DNA of 64,000 nt. It comes from Raja brachyura (taxonomy: Eukaryota). The DNA is taken from NCBI GenBank assembly GCA_963514005.1, contig OY740783.1, forward strand, positions 120,280,001-120,344,000. The letters run 5' to 3'. Made by a program: the position numbers and the translations under genes. This document shows, in pieces, positions 40,801 to 51,292 of this stretch (within the stretch, counting starts at the first letter, position 1; the number at the start of each line of letters is the position of its first letter). The notes below the pieces were generated by a model. It was given only the letters and a program-made list of their open reading frames with translations. It was not told where the DNA came from and did not search any database.

Positions 40801-42451
40801 ACCGAATCAGGAGGGGTGGGGGTTTTTAACTTCCGTGCCCTAATCCCCCCCACCGCACACCACCCCTGGGGAAGAAGGGCTGAAGAGGGCTGTGCAAGGT
40901 AAGAGTCAACATTCCAGGCAACATTCCAGGGCCTCTGTGGCCACTGCAACGAGGACTGAAAATGGTGCAAAATGGTTGCCCAGACTTAGTGGGTTCTTCT
41001 GTACATTATGTACTAACCGGGGGGATTGTGCTTATTTATGTAAGGTGATATTGTTACTGATCTGTATGAAAAAAGTATTTCATTGTACTTGGTACATGTG
41101 ATAATAAAGAAACCATTGAACCGAATATAGACACAAAATGTGGAGTAATTCAGCGGGCAGGCAGCATCTCTGGGTAGAATGAATGGGTGAAGTTTTGGGC
41201 CGTGACTCTTCTTCAGGAGAACTGAATCAGCATCGCAGATGCTGTAAAACTCACCAGTTCTGATACAATCAGCGAGCAAGTCACCAGAAATTGTTCTATT
41301 CAAGGTTGACCCATTGAACCATCGAGTCAACATTGAATACAACAATTTCTGGTAACTTTCTCGCTGTTTGTATCAGAAGTTCTGCAGCAGGTTATCCATC
41401 TGCGATACTGACTCAGTTCTCCTCTCTCCACTGACACTGCCTGATCTGCAGGGCGTTTCTTGCAGCTCTGACGTGTATTTTGCAGCTCTGGTTTATATCT
41501 TTGTTTGTGTTCTCTGTCTCCAGTTTCCTTCCTTAATTTATCGACCAGATAGTTTCATCAACTGCAAACCTAGACTCACCCTTTCAGAGATATTTCCTAT
41601 TTCCAATCCACCCCTCTATGCAGCCTCTGCAACTTCAGCTAACTTATTTTAAGTTGCAATAATCATTAAGAGAATAACTGATTAACATTCCATTTTGCTT
41701 ATCTTCAGTAGAACTGGTTAGTTCTGAGAAAAGAGAGAAAAAGTAACATCCAAAATTCTTGAATTCAATGCAATCTGGAATGATGCAAATTGCATTAGAC
41801 TGGTTATAAGAAATTCACAAAAATTAGTCAGAGGCGGAATTGCATGGATGATTAAAATTCCAAGCAACAGAAAGCTCAGGATTAACCATGTAGATTGAAT
41901 AAAAAGTTTTCCCTCGTTTCCCCGCCCATCATCTGCATTTATTCCTTAGGAAAGCAGCCAACATAATCAAGGATCACTCACACCCGAGCTACTCTCTCTT
42001 CTCCCCTCCGCGTTACCAGAACCAGAGGACGACAACAATGTCACTGGAGGTCCCATGACTATCCCATGAACACCAGCAATGGAGATTAGACATGATGTTC
42101 ACCTATGTTTAACCACTAGAAAGTGAAGCCAATCACAAGAAAGTAGACTCAAAACATGGCAGCTGAAATGATCAACCTGTCCATTCCCTCCCGCACACAC
42201 AGGTATCTCCAGATACATGATCACCATCGCTCCAAGATGGTGGCTGAAGCCTAGAGAGGGATAAAAGTCAATTACATTCACTGTTATTCATTGGTGCAGG
42301 GGGAGAACCAGGAAGGGGTGAAGATTTGAAAGAGACGCAGCAGGAGAATGGAGTGAAAATATTCTGAGAGGAAACAGAACAAAGCTCATTCTTCTCACCG
42401 GTGTTCAATGTGATTTTATCATTTACTCCTCAACACTGACTGTTTCCTTAC

Positions 42452-42820
42452 CCAAAACCTGTAGTCCCGTCTCATCCTGAGTCACCTGAATATCTTTCTT
42501 CAGAGGGGATTTCCAGATCCAAACATGACAGAAATAGTCGTTGGTGTCATTCAACGTGAGTCCCCTCACTCTGATGGAGGCGTCTCCCTTGTCTACGTTT
42601 CCCACCAGCTCATATCGACCTCCTCTATTTACATTGTCAGTGCCATGACCGCTTGTGAGGTAGGAGCGGGTATGATTAAAGACAACGGACTCGGCCCATG
42701 GAGTCCCCTTCATCCAGAGGATAGTGATCACCCTGCGATACGCGCTCGAAGGGGTGAATGTGCAGCTCAGTGTGGCACCACCTCCTCGCTTCCCGATCAC
42801 CATGGATGAGCTGACATCAC
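42452..42820 (-). CDS. Siglec-15-like receptor, exon 3: V-set domain V2
   Basis: 369 nt, phase 1-1, open. ATLSCTF..W..RYELVGNVDKGDASIRV..DTNDYFCHV. Donor G|GTAAGG; rare GAG acceptor (ttcgag|). Confidence 0.8.
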
Positions 42821-42920
42821 CTCGAAGAGAGAAAGATTTAAAATATGGACATTATACATTGGTCGGATGCATTAAGCACATTTACTTTATCAATACTTCA
42901 CCTGTGTCTGTGACCATGTT

Positions 42921-43128
42921 GATGGACACAAAATGCTGGAGTAACTCAGTGGATCAGGCAGCATCTCTGGAGAAAAGGAGTAGGTGATATTTCAGAATGG
43001 AACCCTTCTTCAGACCTGAATAAGAATCTATTCCATTTCTCCATAGATGTTGCCTGGCACGTTGTGCTACTCCAGCATTTTGTGTCTATCTTCAGTATAA
43101 ATCAGCATCTGCAGTTCCTTCCCACACA
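42921..43128. mobile_element. Penelope-derived short fold-back repeat with 14-bp TSD (family has 12 or more copies in the window)
   Basis: TSD tctgtgaccatgtt at 42907-42920 and 43129-43142; arms gacacaaaatgctggagta / tactccagcattttgtgtc; shares sequence with the terminal repeat of the Penelope at 1385-1490. Confidence 0.75.
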
Positions 43129-45237
43129 TCTGTGACCATGTTTCTCCATCCCACTCCCGCTCTGACCCATCTGTCCCTGACCCTCCTGCGCTGCTCTAGA
43201 GCGGTGAAATGTAACTGTAAATGTAATTTCATCTTCTTTATAAATAATATGCAGAATTCTCAAATCAACTTGAATCGAGTTATTGCAGGTGACCTGCTTG
43301 TATTTGTAAATGACCTACAATGCTGCTAAATCACGCCTAAAACCCTGGAACATTGTGCTGTCAGTCCTGCCCCTCGCTCACCAAAACTCTAATGGCCACA
43401 GCATCATAGTTCCATGCATTAATCCAAACTCTGCATTCATCTGCCTTGCACATAATATGCATAGCATTGAAATAAACACACTTCAGCCCATCAGTTGCAC
43501 TGCATTCATTAACCTGGCCCTGCCAGCCCTTCTGATCAGTCTTCAACCCCTGTCTCACGGTGAGAGTCCACCCACGAGTGATCCCGAGTTTAAAACAAAT
43601 CAAACTCGTGGTAATCACATAGAATTAACGTAGCGGGAACGTCGGAACACGGGGACGTAACTTAGTGACTCGTAACGCTAATGGCAGGTACTCGTGAAAG
43701 CTGTTAACTCGTGAAAATCTAACATGATGAAAGCAATCTTCCGCCTAGATTCCATCAACCTGTTATCCTCGGGGGCACGACAGTGGTGAGTGAACATCTT
43801 CATGTTCCTGGACATGCACTTCACTGAGTTTTCCAGGGCCCAGTACATTGATGCAATCACAAAGAAAGGTCATCATCTCTTCGAATTTCTCAGATGTTTA
43901 AGGTACATCGCCAAATGCGCTATAACCTCTACAGGTGTACCGTGGACCATACTGACTGGTTACTTCACAGCCTCCTTTGGTAACCAGAATGCCCCAAAAA
44001 CCAAGGAGGCTGCAGAATGACATTGCCCAGTGCATCATGGATTTCAACCTCCACAACATTGAGACGACTTACAGGTGCTGCCTCAAGAGGTCAGCCAACA
44101 TCACAGTTGCACAGAACACGGCTTGATCACCTCTTGTTGCTATCGCCAGATAGAAGGTACAGGAAATGTGAACCATTACCTCTAGGTTCAAGAGGACAAA
44201 CTTGCTATTAAACAGGTTGTTGTGATATTACTGTAGATCTCCCTCCTGAACTGTGATTAGCAATCCCGTTATTCGTCCATAACAGATCAGTGCTGAAGTT
44301 TGGTTGTGTTTAGGTTCATTGTGGCATCATCAGGCTCTTGAACCAAGACTCAGCACCAAACTATTATGTACTTTGTATAAGGTTGCACTAAGTGCTTCAA
44401 ATGTTATTCAAATGCTTTTACCATGTATAACTGTTATTGTATTATTGTTTGATGTAAAGTTATTATTATGTTGCGTCAATGTGCCTTCAACGTTGCAGCA
44501 ATGAATAATTGTATTGTTCTAATCCCAGTGCATATGACTATTAAACACGCCTGATGGAGTAATTTGGGGGATTGTGTGGAAAGAATGAGGGACTAGGACT
44601 GATGGTTGTCAATGGACAGAGGGGTCTGGGGAATAGATGGATTTCACAAGTACTTGTGGAAAGTTTCTCTCCTCCTGCCTATGATTCAAAATCCACAGGT
44701 CAGGGACTCGAAAAAGCAGTCAGACATTCAGGACTGAGGTCAAGAAATTCCCTACAAGAATGTTTGTGAATGTACTGAATTTTCCATCTCAGAGTTTAGT
44801 TTAATGTCACCTGTACCTAGGTACAGCGAAAGGCTTTTATTACATGCTAACCAGTCAATGAAAAGACTATACATGATTACAATCAAGCAATCCACATTGT
44901 GCAGAAGCTGTGGATAAAAAGTGGTTGAGTAAGTTCAAACCAGAGGTTTTTCTGCATCTCATGGAGATCACTGTCTGGAGGATCTCTCAATGAATGAATA
45001 AGGTCCAGAATTGGCCATGATTTAACGGATGAGAGTTGGTTCGAGCATCTGTGTTCCTGACTCCTTCTCCTATTTCACGTAATAGTCAAAGCATTGTTTT
45101 TAAAACCCGAGACTAACCCTACCTGTTCACTAACACTGCCTGAACAAATGCTGTCTCTCCAATCTTCCAGGGTAAATTTTGATTCTCTGTTTTACCATTC
45201 TACACTTAATGCTGCCTCGAGAAAGTAACCACATTAT

Positions 45238-46020
45238 CAAGGACAAAGGACAAGGACAAAGGACATTTATTGTCACGTACACCAATTGGTGTAGTGAAAT
45301 TTGACTTGCCATGAAGCACACAAATAAAGATAAGACACAACATCATAGAATTAACAGTAGACATAAAAACATCCCCCCACAATGGTTCCCACTGTGGGGG
45401 AAGGCAGCAACGTCCAGTCCCATCCCCAGTTCATCCATAGTCGGGCCTATTGAGGCCTCCACAGTCTCTGCTACGGGGCCCGATGTTCCAGGCCGTTCTC
45501 GCCGGGTGATGGTGCTCCGGCGTCGGGAGCACCCTCTCAGTGGCTTGGGACACCTGGAGCGGCCACCTCTTACTGGAGTTCGCGGCTTCCGAAGCCAACA
45601 AGGCCGCACCGGATGGAGCTCCACCACTGGGATGGAAGTTCCCGATGGAAAGTTCAGTGCCGCCGCACTCAGCTGGCCCCTCCACAGACCCGCGGCTCCG
45701 CGATGTTTTTGTCGGCGGTCTTTAGCTCACCGGAGCTCCAGCCGGGCGACCCAGGCAAGGCATCGCCCTCTCCTCTCCGCGATAGTGCTGCGCCGCCACC
45801 GAAGCCGAGGTTCAGGGTGATTCCTTCGGGAAACTCCGCGCCAGCCCCGCTGGAAGGCCGCGAGTTGCAGCCCGGAGAAAAGCTGCCTCTCTAACCAGGT
45901 TGGGACCCTGAAGAGTCGTTTCCCCCTCCCCCCCTCCACCCCCCACATAAAAAAGACTAGAGATCCGAAAAACAAAAACTCAACTAACTAAATATAAAGA
46001 AAAGTGAAAAACGGACAACT
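45238..46020 (-). mobile_element. GC-rich non-autonomous retroelement (related copies 57865-58766 + and 63655-64000 +)
   Basis: Shared head (tgtccgtttt..T-rich..G-rich..ggaaac) and LINE-type tail (cactgta..gtgacaataaa plus short tandem repeat). Confidence 0.6.
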
Positions 46021-47456
46021 AATATCCTGACATTCTCGCACCCATAGATACAAAAACTTGAAATTAGTGCCACAGATGGAAGAACAACTTGTTACCTACT
46101 GTTAGAATCTTGAATGGACCTCACAAATGCGAGGGTTGAATTACCCGATCTTCCAATCTACCGCGTTAAACGCTTGCACTACTCTTTAGTAGTGCTCTCA
46201 CTGTAGCTGTCATACTACATTCTCCACTTTGTTTATTTTCTCTTTTACAGTGCCTGATGCACACATCTAAGGTCTGATTCTTCCAACCTCATCTATTGCA
46301 TTCTGTGTCCCCAATGTGATAAATACTTGTGTTCATTCTGCCAAGGCCTGCTGGAGCTCCTGGTTACCAAGCTTTTTAACTCCTCTTTCTGTTCCCACAC
46401 CGACCTGACTGTCGCTGGCCTTGTGTATTATCAGTGTGAGAGCACACGCAAACTGGAAGAACAGCACCTCATGGTCAGCTTGAGTAGCTTATAACCCAAC
46501 CGTATGAGCACTGAACTCTCAAAGTTCAAATAATACCTCCCCCCCCACCCACCACCAGCCCACTGTGTACACATTGCTCCCATTACCCCTGTCATACTGC
46601 TCCTGTTTTCTCCCGTATTCATCTCCCATCCTCGAATCCCATAGTTCCTTTTATCACAAGTGTTTCCCCTGCCCATCTCCCCTGGCCCATTCCACCCATT
46701 TGCCTCCGCCTTTACATTTTGTTTCCTTGTCTGACACCTTTTATATCTCCTTTTCACCACTAGCCATTATCACTGTCTCCACACATCTGATAAGCACCTC
46801 CCCCGTCCCCCCCCCCCCCCCCCCCCACCTCCATCCATTGGGCAAACTTTGCCCCATTCCCATCTTCCTCCCTACTACTCCATCAGTTTGAAGGGAACTG
46901 ACCCGGATAATTGCCTGTCCATTTCCTCCACTGATGCTGCTTGACCCACTGCGTCTTCAGCACTTTGTGTTTTACTCATGGTTCCAGCATCTGCAGTTTC
47001 TAGTGCCTCAATGGTATGATTTGTCTGGATAGCACTCGGAAAAATGTCACTGTATCTCAGTGCACTAGACAATAATAAACCAATATCTGAAACTTAACTG
47101 GAGGAGACATAATATGTGACTATAACAGCAGGCCAGATGTGGCAATGACATCACCCCATTCCACAGTGACTGTACATTATGGTCAAGGCAGAAATGAGGA
47201 GTATGAGTGAACATGGTTATCAAAAACGACAGCAGGATCTTGATCAGCGGGGCAAGTGGGTTGAGGGATGGTTAATAGAGTTAAATTCCGTTTAGTGCAA
47301 GGTGTTGTATTTTAGGCATCAAACCAGGGCATGATCTCCCAGTGATGTACCCAACAAGTCAGCAGCTTGAACAATTGCCAGCCATGCCAGTAACATCGGA
47401 ATCACAGGAAGCAGCGAGGAAGACAAATTGTTTGTTGCAGCACAATAATTCCTCAC

Positions 47457-47840
47457 CTGATACTGTGATTGGCCCATGTGGGCATCCAAACTTTGCTCCT
47501 GCTTGCTCTGTGAGCTCAACACGACAGTTGAGGATCTTGTTTGTAACCGTTGTTCTCAGCTGATTAATGATTATGGAAGCATCGTTCTTCCGAGGGTCCC
47601 CCATTGGTTTGTAGCGAGTTCCTACATTTTTCGGGATGTTATTGATATACTTGCCGCTTAATAGATGATATGTGTATTTGAAAAAGGTCTTCTTGGTCTC
47701 CTTCACACTCCAGATGATGTTGATGTTGCCGTTGTATTCATGGTGAGGGTGAGTGAACTTGCAGTACAGAACCACGAGCTTCCCCTTCCTCCCCATCACC
47801 TTGTCCGGTGTCTCCATGGTCCAACCACTGCCACTGCAGC
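47457..47840 (-). CDS. Siglec-15-like receptor, exon 2: N-terminal V-set Ig domain V1 (keeps the sialic-acid-binding Arg)
   Basis: Acceptor tctctgtgtcttcacag|, donor TCAG|GTGAGG, 384 nt. WTMETP..VVLYCKFTHPHHEYNG..IW..RYKPMGDPRKNDASI..CRVE parallels the recalled Siglec-15 V-set (WSMQVP..VLPCTFTHPHRHYDG..GNPRRNDLSL..CRVE). Confidence 0.9.
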
Positions 47841-49239
47841 CTGTGAAGACACAGAGATGTAAGGTTAAGACTGAACTGAGGGCCACAGTCACTGTAGGAG
47901 GCTGCACCCACCCTGGGTCCCTGCCCTAGTGGAAGGCGGTTGAACTGCGATGCTGCTGTGCTGTTTGTCACCCTCACCACGTGGTGAGCTGTGAGAAATG
48001 GGAGAGGTGGGACTGTGAAACTATCAGTGGTTCCCCTTCTCCGGGCTGTGCTGGCTCTTCACTGGAGCCACATCTCTCACAGCTTTAAGCTGCTGTCCTG
48101 GAGGGACCTTGCATTTACATCAATTCCCTCACAGTCAGGGGATGGTCCATAGAGCTTCACAGGTTTGAAATGTCGGTGGTGAAGTAGCGATGGAAATGCA
48201 ACAGGCAAGTAGTGCACAGAAAGATCCCACTAAGGATGTACCTGAGTACAAGTCATTGGTTTCCACAGCTGGCACAGTGGAGTAGCTAGTGGAGCTGCTA
48301 ACGCACAACTCTAGGGATTCGGAGTTTAATCCTGACCTCGGATGCTGTGCGTAGTTTGCACTTTCCACCTATAACTGCATGGGTTTCTCTTTCTTAGGTT
48401 GTTACCCAAGTCCCAAAGATGCGCATCGTTAATTAACAGACTATAAGTTGCCCTCAGTGTTTTGGTGAGTGGTCGAATCTGGGGCTGGGGAGCCATGGAT
48501 TGATTTTTGAGCTGAATTACTGCTCAATTCTTGTGATATTTGCTGTGCTAATCCACAAGAATTCTGGTTACTGCTCCAATGCTCGGGACATTTTAATTAC
48601 TGCACTAATTTTTGTGACTTTCTCGTTTCTGCTCTACATTCTAGGGGCATTGGACCAGTTCTGCAGCAGGAAAGACCTCTCCAAGATCAATGGGTTGCAC
48701 CTCAGCCACACTGGGACAATGTCGTAGTAGGGAGATTTATTGGTGCACGAGGAAGAGTTTGAACAGGCAAAGTAATGGATCAGTATCTATTACTAGTGTG
48801 TGGCAACAGAAAAGAGAAATAAGGTGCACCAAGATTGCGAGTGGCAGATAGCACAAAAGTAGTAAATATGTGAGTGAGCCTGGTTATTCATAATTAGAAA
48901 TATCTATGTGGGAAAATGATGCAGAGTCGGGGCAGGACCAGATATTTAATGAAGACAAGAGGTGTTGATAATGGAGAGGGAAGGGACATTTTAGATGGGG
49001 CGGTAATACTGATTGAGGAAAATTAAGTTTAGTTTATTATTTTCATGTATGCTGAGATAAGCGAAAAATTATTTTTTGTGCTACCCGGCTAAATTGTACC
49101 ATTCATGATTACATCAAGTAGTATATTAGAGAAAACAGAGTAAAGAAAAAAGCATTACATCTACAGAGGAAGAGTCGTTTAAAACAAATGTTTGTGGCCA
49201 CAACAAGGTATATTGGAAAATTGGGAATTCATTCTTAGC

Positions 49240-49778
49240 ATAAAATCATAGAATCATAGAAAATAGGTGCAGGAGTAGGCCATTCGGCCCTTCGAGCCTG
49301 CACCGCCATTCAATATGATCATGGCTGATCATCCAATTCAGTATCCTGTACCTGCCCTCTCTCCATACCCCCTGATCCCTTTAGTCACAAGGGCCACATC
49401 TAGCTCCCTCTTAAATATAGCCAATGAACTGGCCTCAACTACCTTCTGTAGCAGAGAATTCCACATACTCATCACTCTCTGTGTGAAAAATATCTTCTCA
49501 TCTCGGTCCTAAAAGACTTCCCCCTTATCCTTAAACTGTGACCCCTTGTTCTGGAGTTCCCCAACATCGGGAACAATCTTCCTGCATCTAGCCTGTCCAA
49601 CCCCTTAAGAATTTTGTATGCCTCTATAAGACTCCAATCTCCTAAATTCCAGCGAGTACAAGCCGAGTCTATCCAATCTTTCTTCATGTGGAAGTCCTGC
49701 CATCCCAGGCATCAGTCTGGTGAACCTTCTCTGTACTCCCTCTATGGCAAGAATGTCTTTCCTCAGATTAGGGGACCA
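49240..49778 (-). mobile_element. CR1 LINE 3' fragment
   Basis: YKILKGLDRLDAGRLFPMLG..RTRGHSLRIRG; (ttctatga)n tail. Confidence 0.9.
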
Positions 49779-50491
49779 TCATATGAGATGTTATTTTGAG
49801 AAAGGTATTATCCCTGGTGCAGGTGTTCACTGTGCCTCAGTACATGTGACAGTAATAAACCAAAACCATTTTGATTCGGATCAGAATCAACAATGAGAGC
49901 AAACACATTCTGAGCAACACAGGAAGCCATTCGGCTGTTCAAGCCTGGTCAACAGTCAATATGATTATGGCTCTTAATCCCTAATCAATACAGACTTGAA
50001 CTTTGTCCCCATTCCCCTTGATTTCTGTAGCCTGGAGTAATATTCAGCTCCTTGCTGAAGACAAGGTGGCTTGGCTTAAACTACTTTTAATTCGATAAAT
50101 CTATAGGTGCATTACTCCCAGAGAAGATATTTCTCATCATCTTCATCTTTAAACTATGCCAAGGACACAATGCCCTTCACCCCCTCTCAAGGACTAATAT
50201 CTTCATCCAGAAGTGTGGGTTCGACAACTAAATACAACCTCCCTAGCTGCCCTGACCAGCATTATAATCTCAAACCGATCCTTTACTGTATTGTAAAATG
50301 TTTGTATTAAAGGTCTTCACACATACACATATTCCCTTTCTGGAAGACTGCCTGTCACCTTAAGTACAGCATCAAAAGACCAATCCTGCTCTGTTTCCAC
50401 GACACACAACTCTATCTCATACAGTTAATCATTTCACTCACATTGAAACAGCCTGAAAACCAAAAGCTGCTCCTTATTAAAGGATACTTAC

Positions 50492-50540
50492 GATCAGCGG
50501 TGACAGGCAGTGCAAAGGCACAAAGCAAAATGAACAGCAT
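50492..50540 (-). CDS. Siglec-15-like receptor, exon 1 (signal peptide MLFILLCAFALPVTAD)
   Basis: ATG at 50540 with A at -3; hydrophobic 16-codon leader; ends GATC|GTAAGT (phase 1), matching the phase-1 acceptor of the V-set exon at 47840. Confidence 0.8.
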
Positions 50541-50920
50541 TCTCTTCTCTCATTGAGCTTTCAAATGCCGTAAGTCTTTTCACTGGATGAGTAGAACCGA
50601 GACTCCTTGCTGTTTCCTGTAGTTTTCTGAATTTTACAGTTAACATAGAGTGTAAAAGGGCTCAAGAGACTTTGCAAGAATTGTCAGACAGCTTCAAATG
50701 GAGAAGTCAATTTGGACACTTTGCATTTCAATCACTCAGCCCTTGTCTTTGCAGAATCTGAGTGGAACTGACAGCAGCAACAAGGGCTTCACCCTCTGGC
50801 TGCCGTCTGTGGTGCATTGCAAAGTACACCAGCAACATTTCAAGTCAACTTTCTGAGAATTCTGCAAACTCTTGATTAGAAAGAGTTTGCAGAATTCTCA
50901 GAAAGTTGACCAGGAAGGAA
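50541..50920 (-). promoter_or_regulatory. Putative proximal promoter/5'UTR of the receptor
   Basis: Conserved with the paralogous copy at 59163-59450; ETS-type AGGAA core kept in both copies (about 50615 and 59225); GAS-type TTCN3GAA motifs at 50851-50859 and 50895-50903. Confidence 0.5.
50844..50910. repeat. Perfect inverted repeat, 30-bp arms with 7-nt loop
   Basis: gtcaactttctgagaattctgcaaactctt-gattaga-aagagtttgcagaattctcagaaagttgac. Confidence 0.95.
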
Positions 50921-51292
50921 GAAGCAAGATTGTTCCTTGTTTATAACCTGAAGCAAAATATGAAAAGGATTGCAAAGTGCATTTGTGCTGGGTGATGATG
51001 AAATTATATGTTATCAAGTTTTTTAAATTATATAACTTCGATTACGCCATGGATAAATGTGTCACAAATGTAAGAAACCATACCTGATAGTAATCAGGTT
51101 CTTGTTAAATACAGTTGTACCTCATTTAAACAAACATTTGACGTGCAGAAAAACAAATTGCAGGAGGTCCTCAACGCGTTAAGTTGCATCTGTGGAGGCA
51201 GTGGGATGGTTGACGTTTCAGGTCAAGACCGTGCATCATCTCTCAATGCATCACCAAATATTTGATATGTGATACCGTGCATAGTTCTTAAG

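Noticed and set aside
36777-42820. V exons as rearranging Ig/TCR gene segments
   Set aside because: Each ends in a splice donor and includes its own G strand; no heptamer/nonamer RSS and no individual leaders were seen.
35751-50540. Naming the gene SIGLEC15
   Set aside because: The extra V domains, missing TM Lys and strong divergence argue for a paralog; orthology cannot be tested here.
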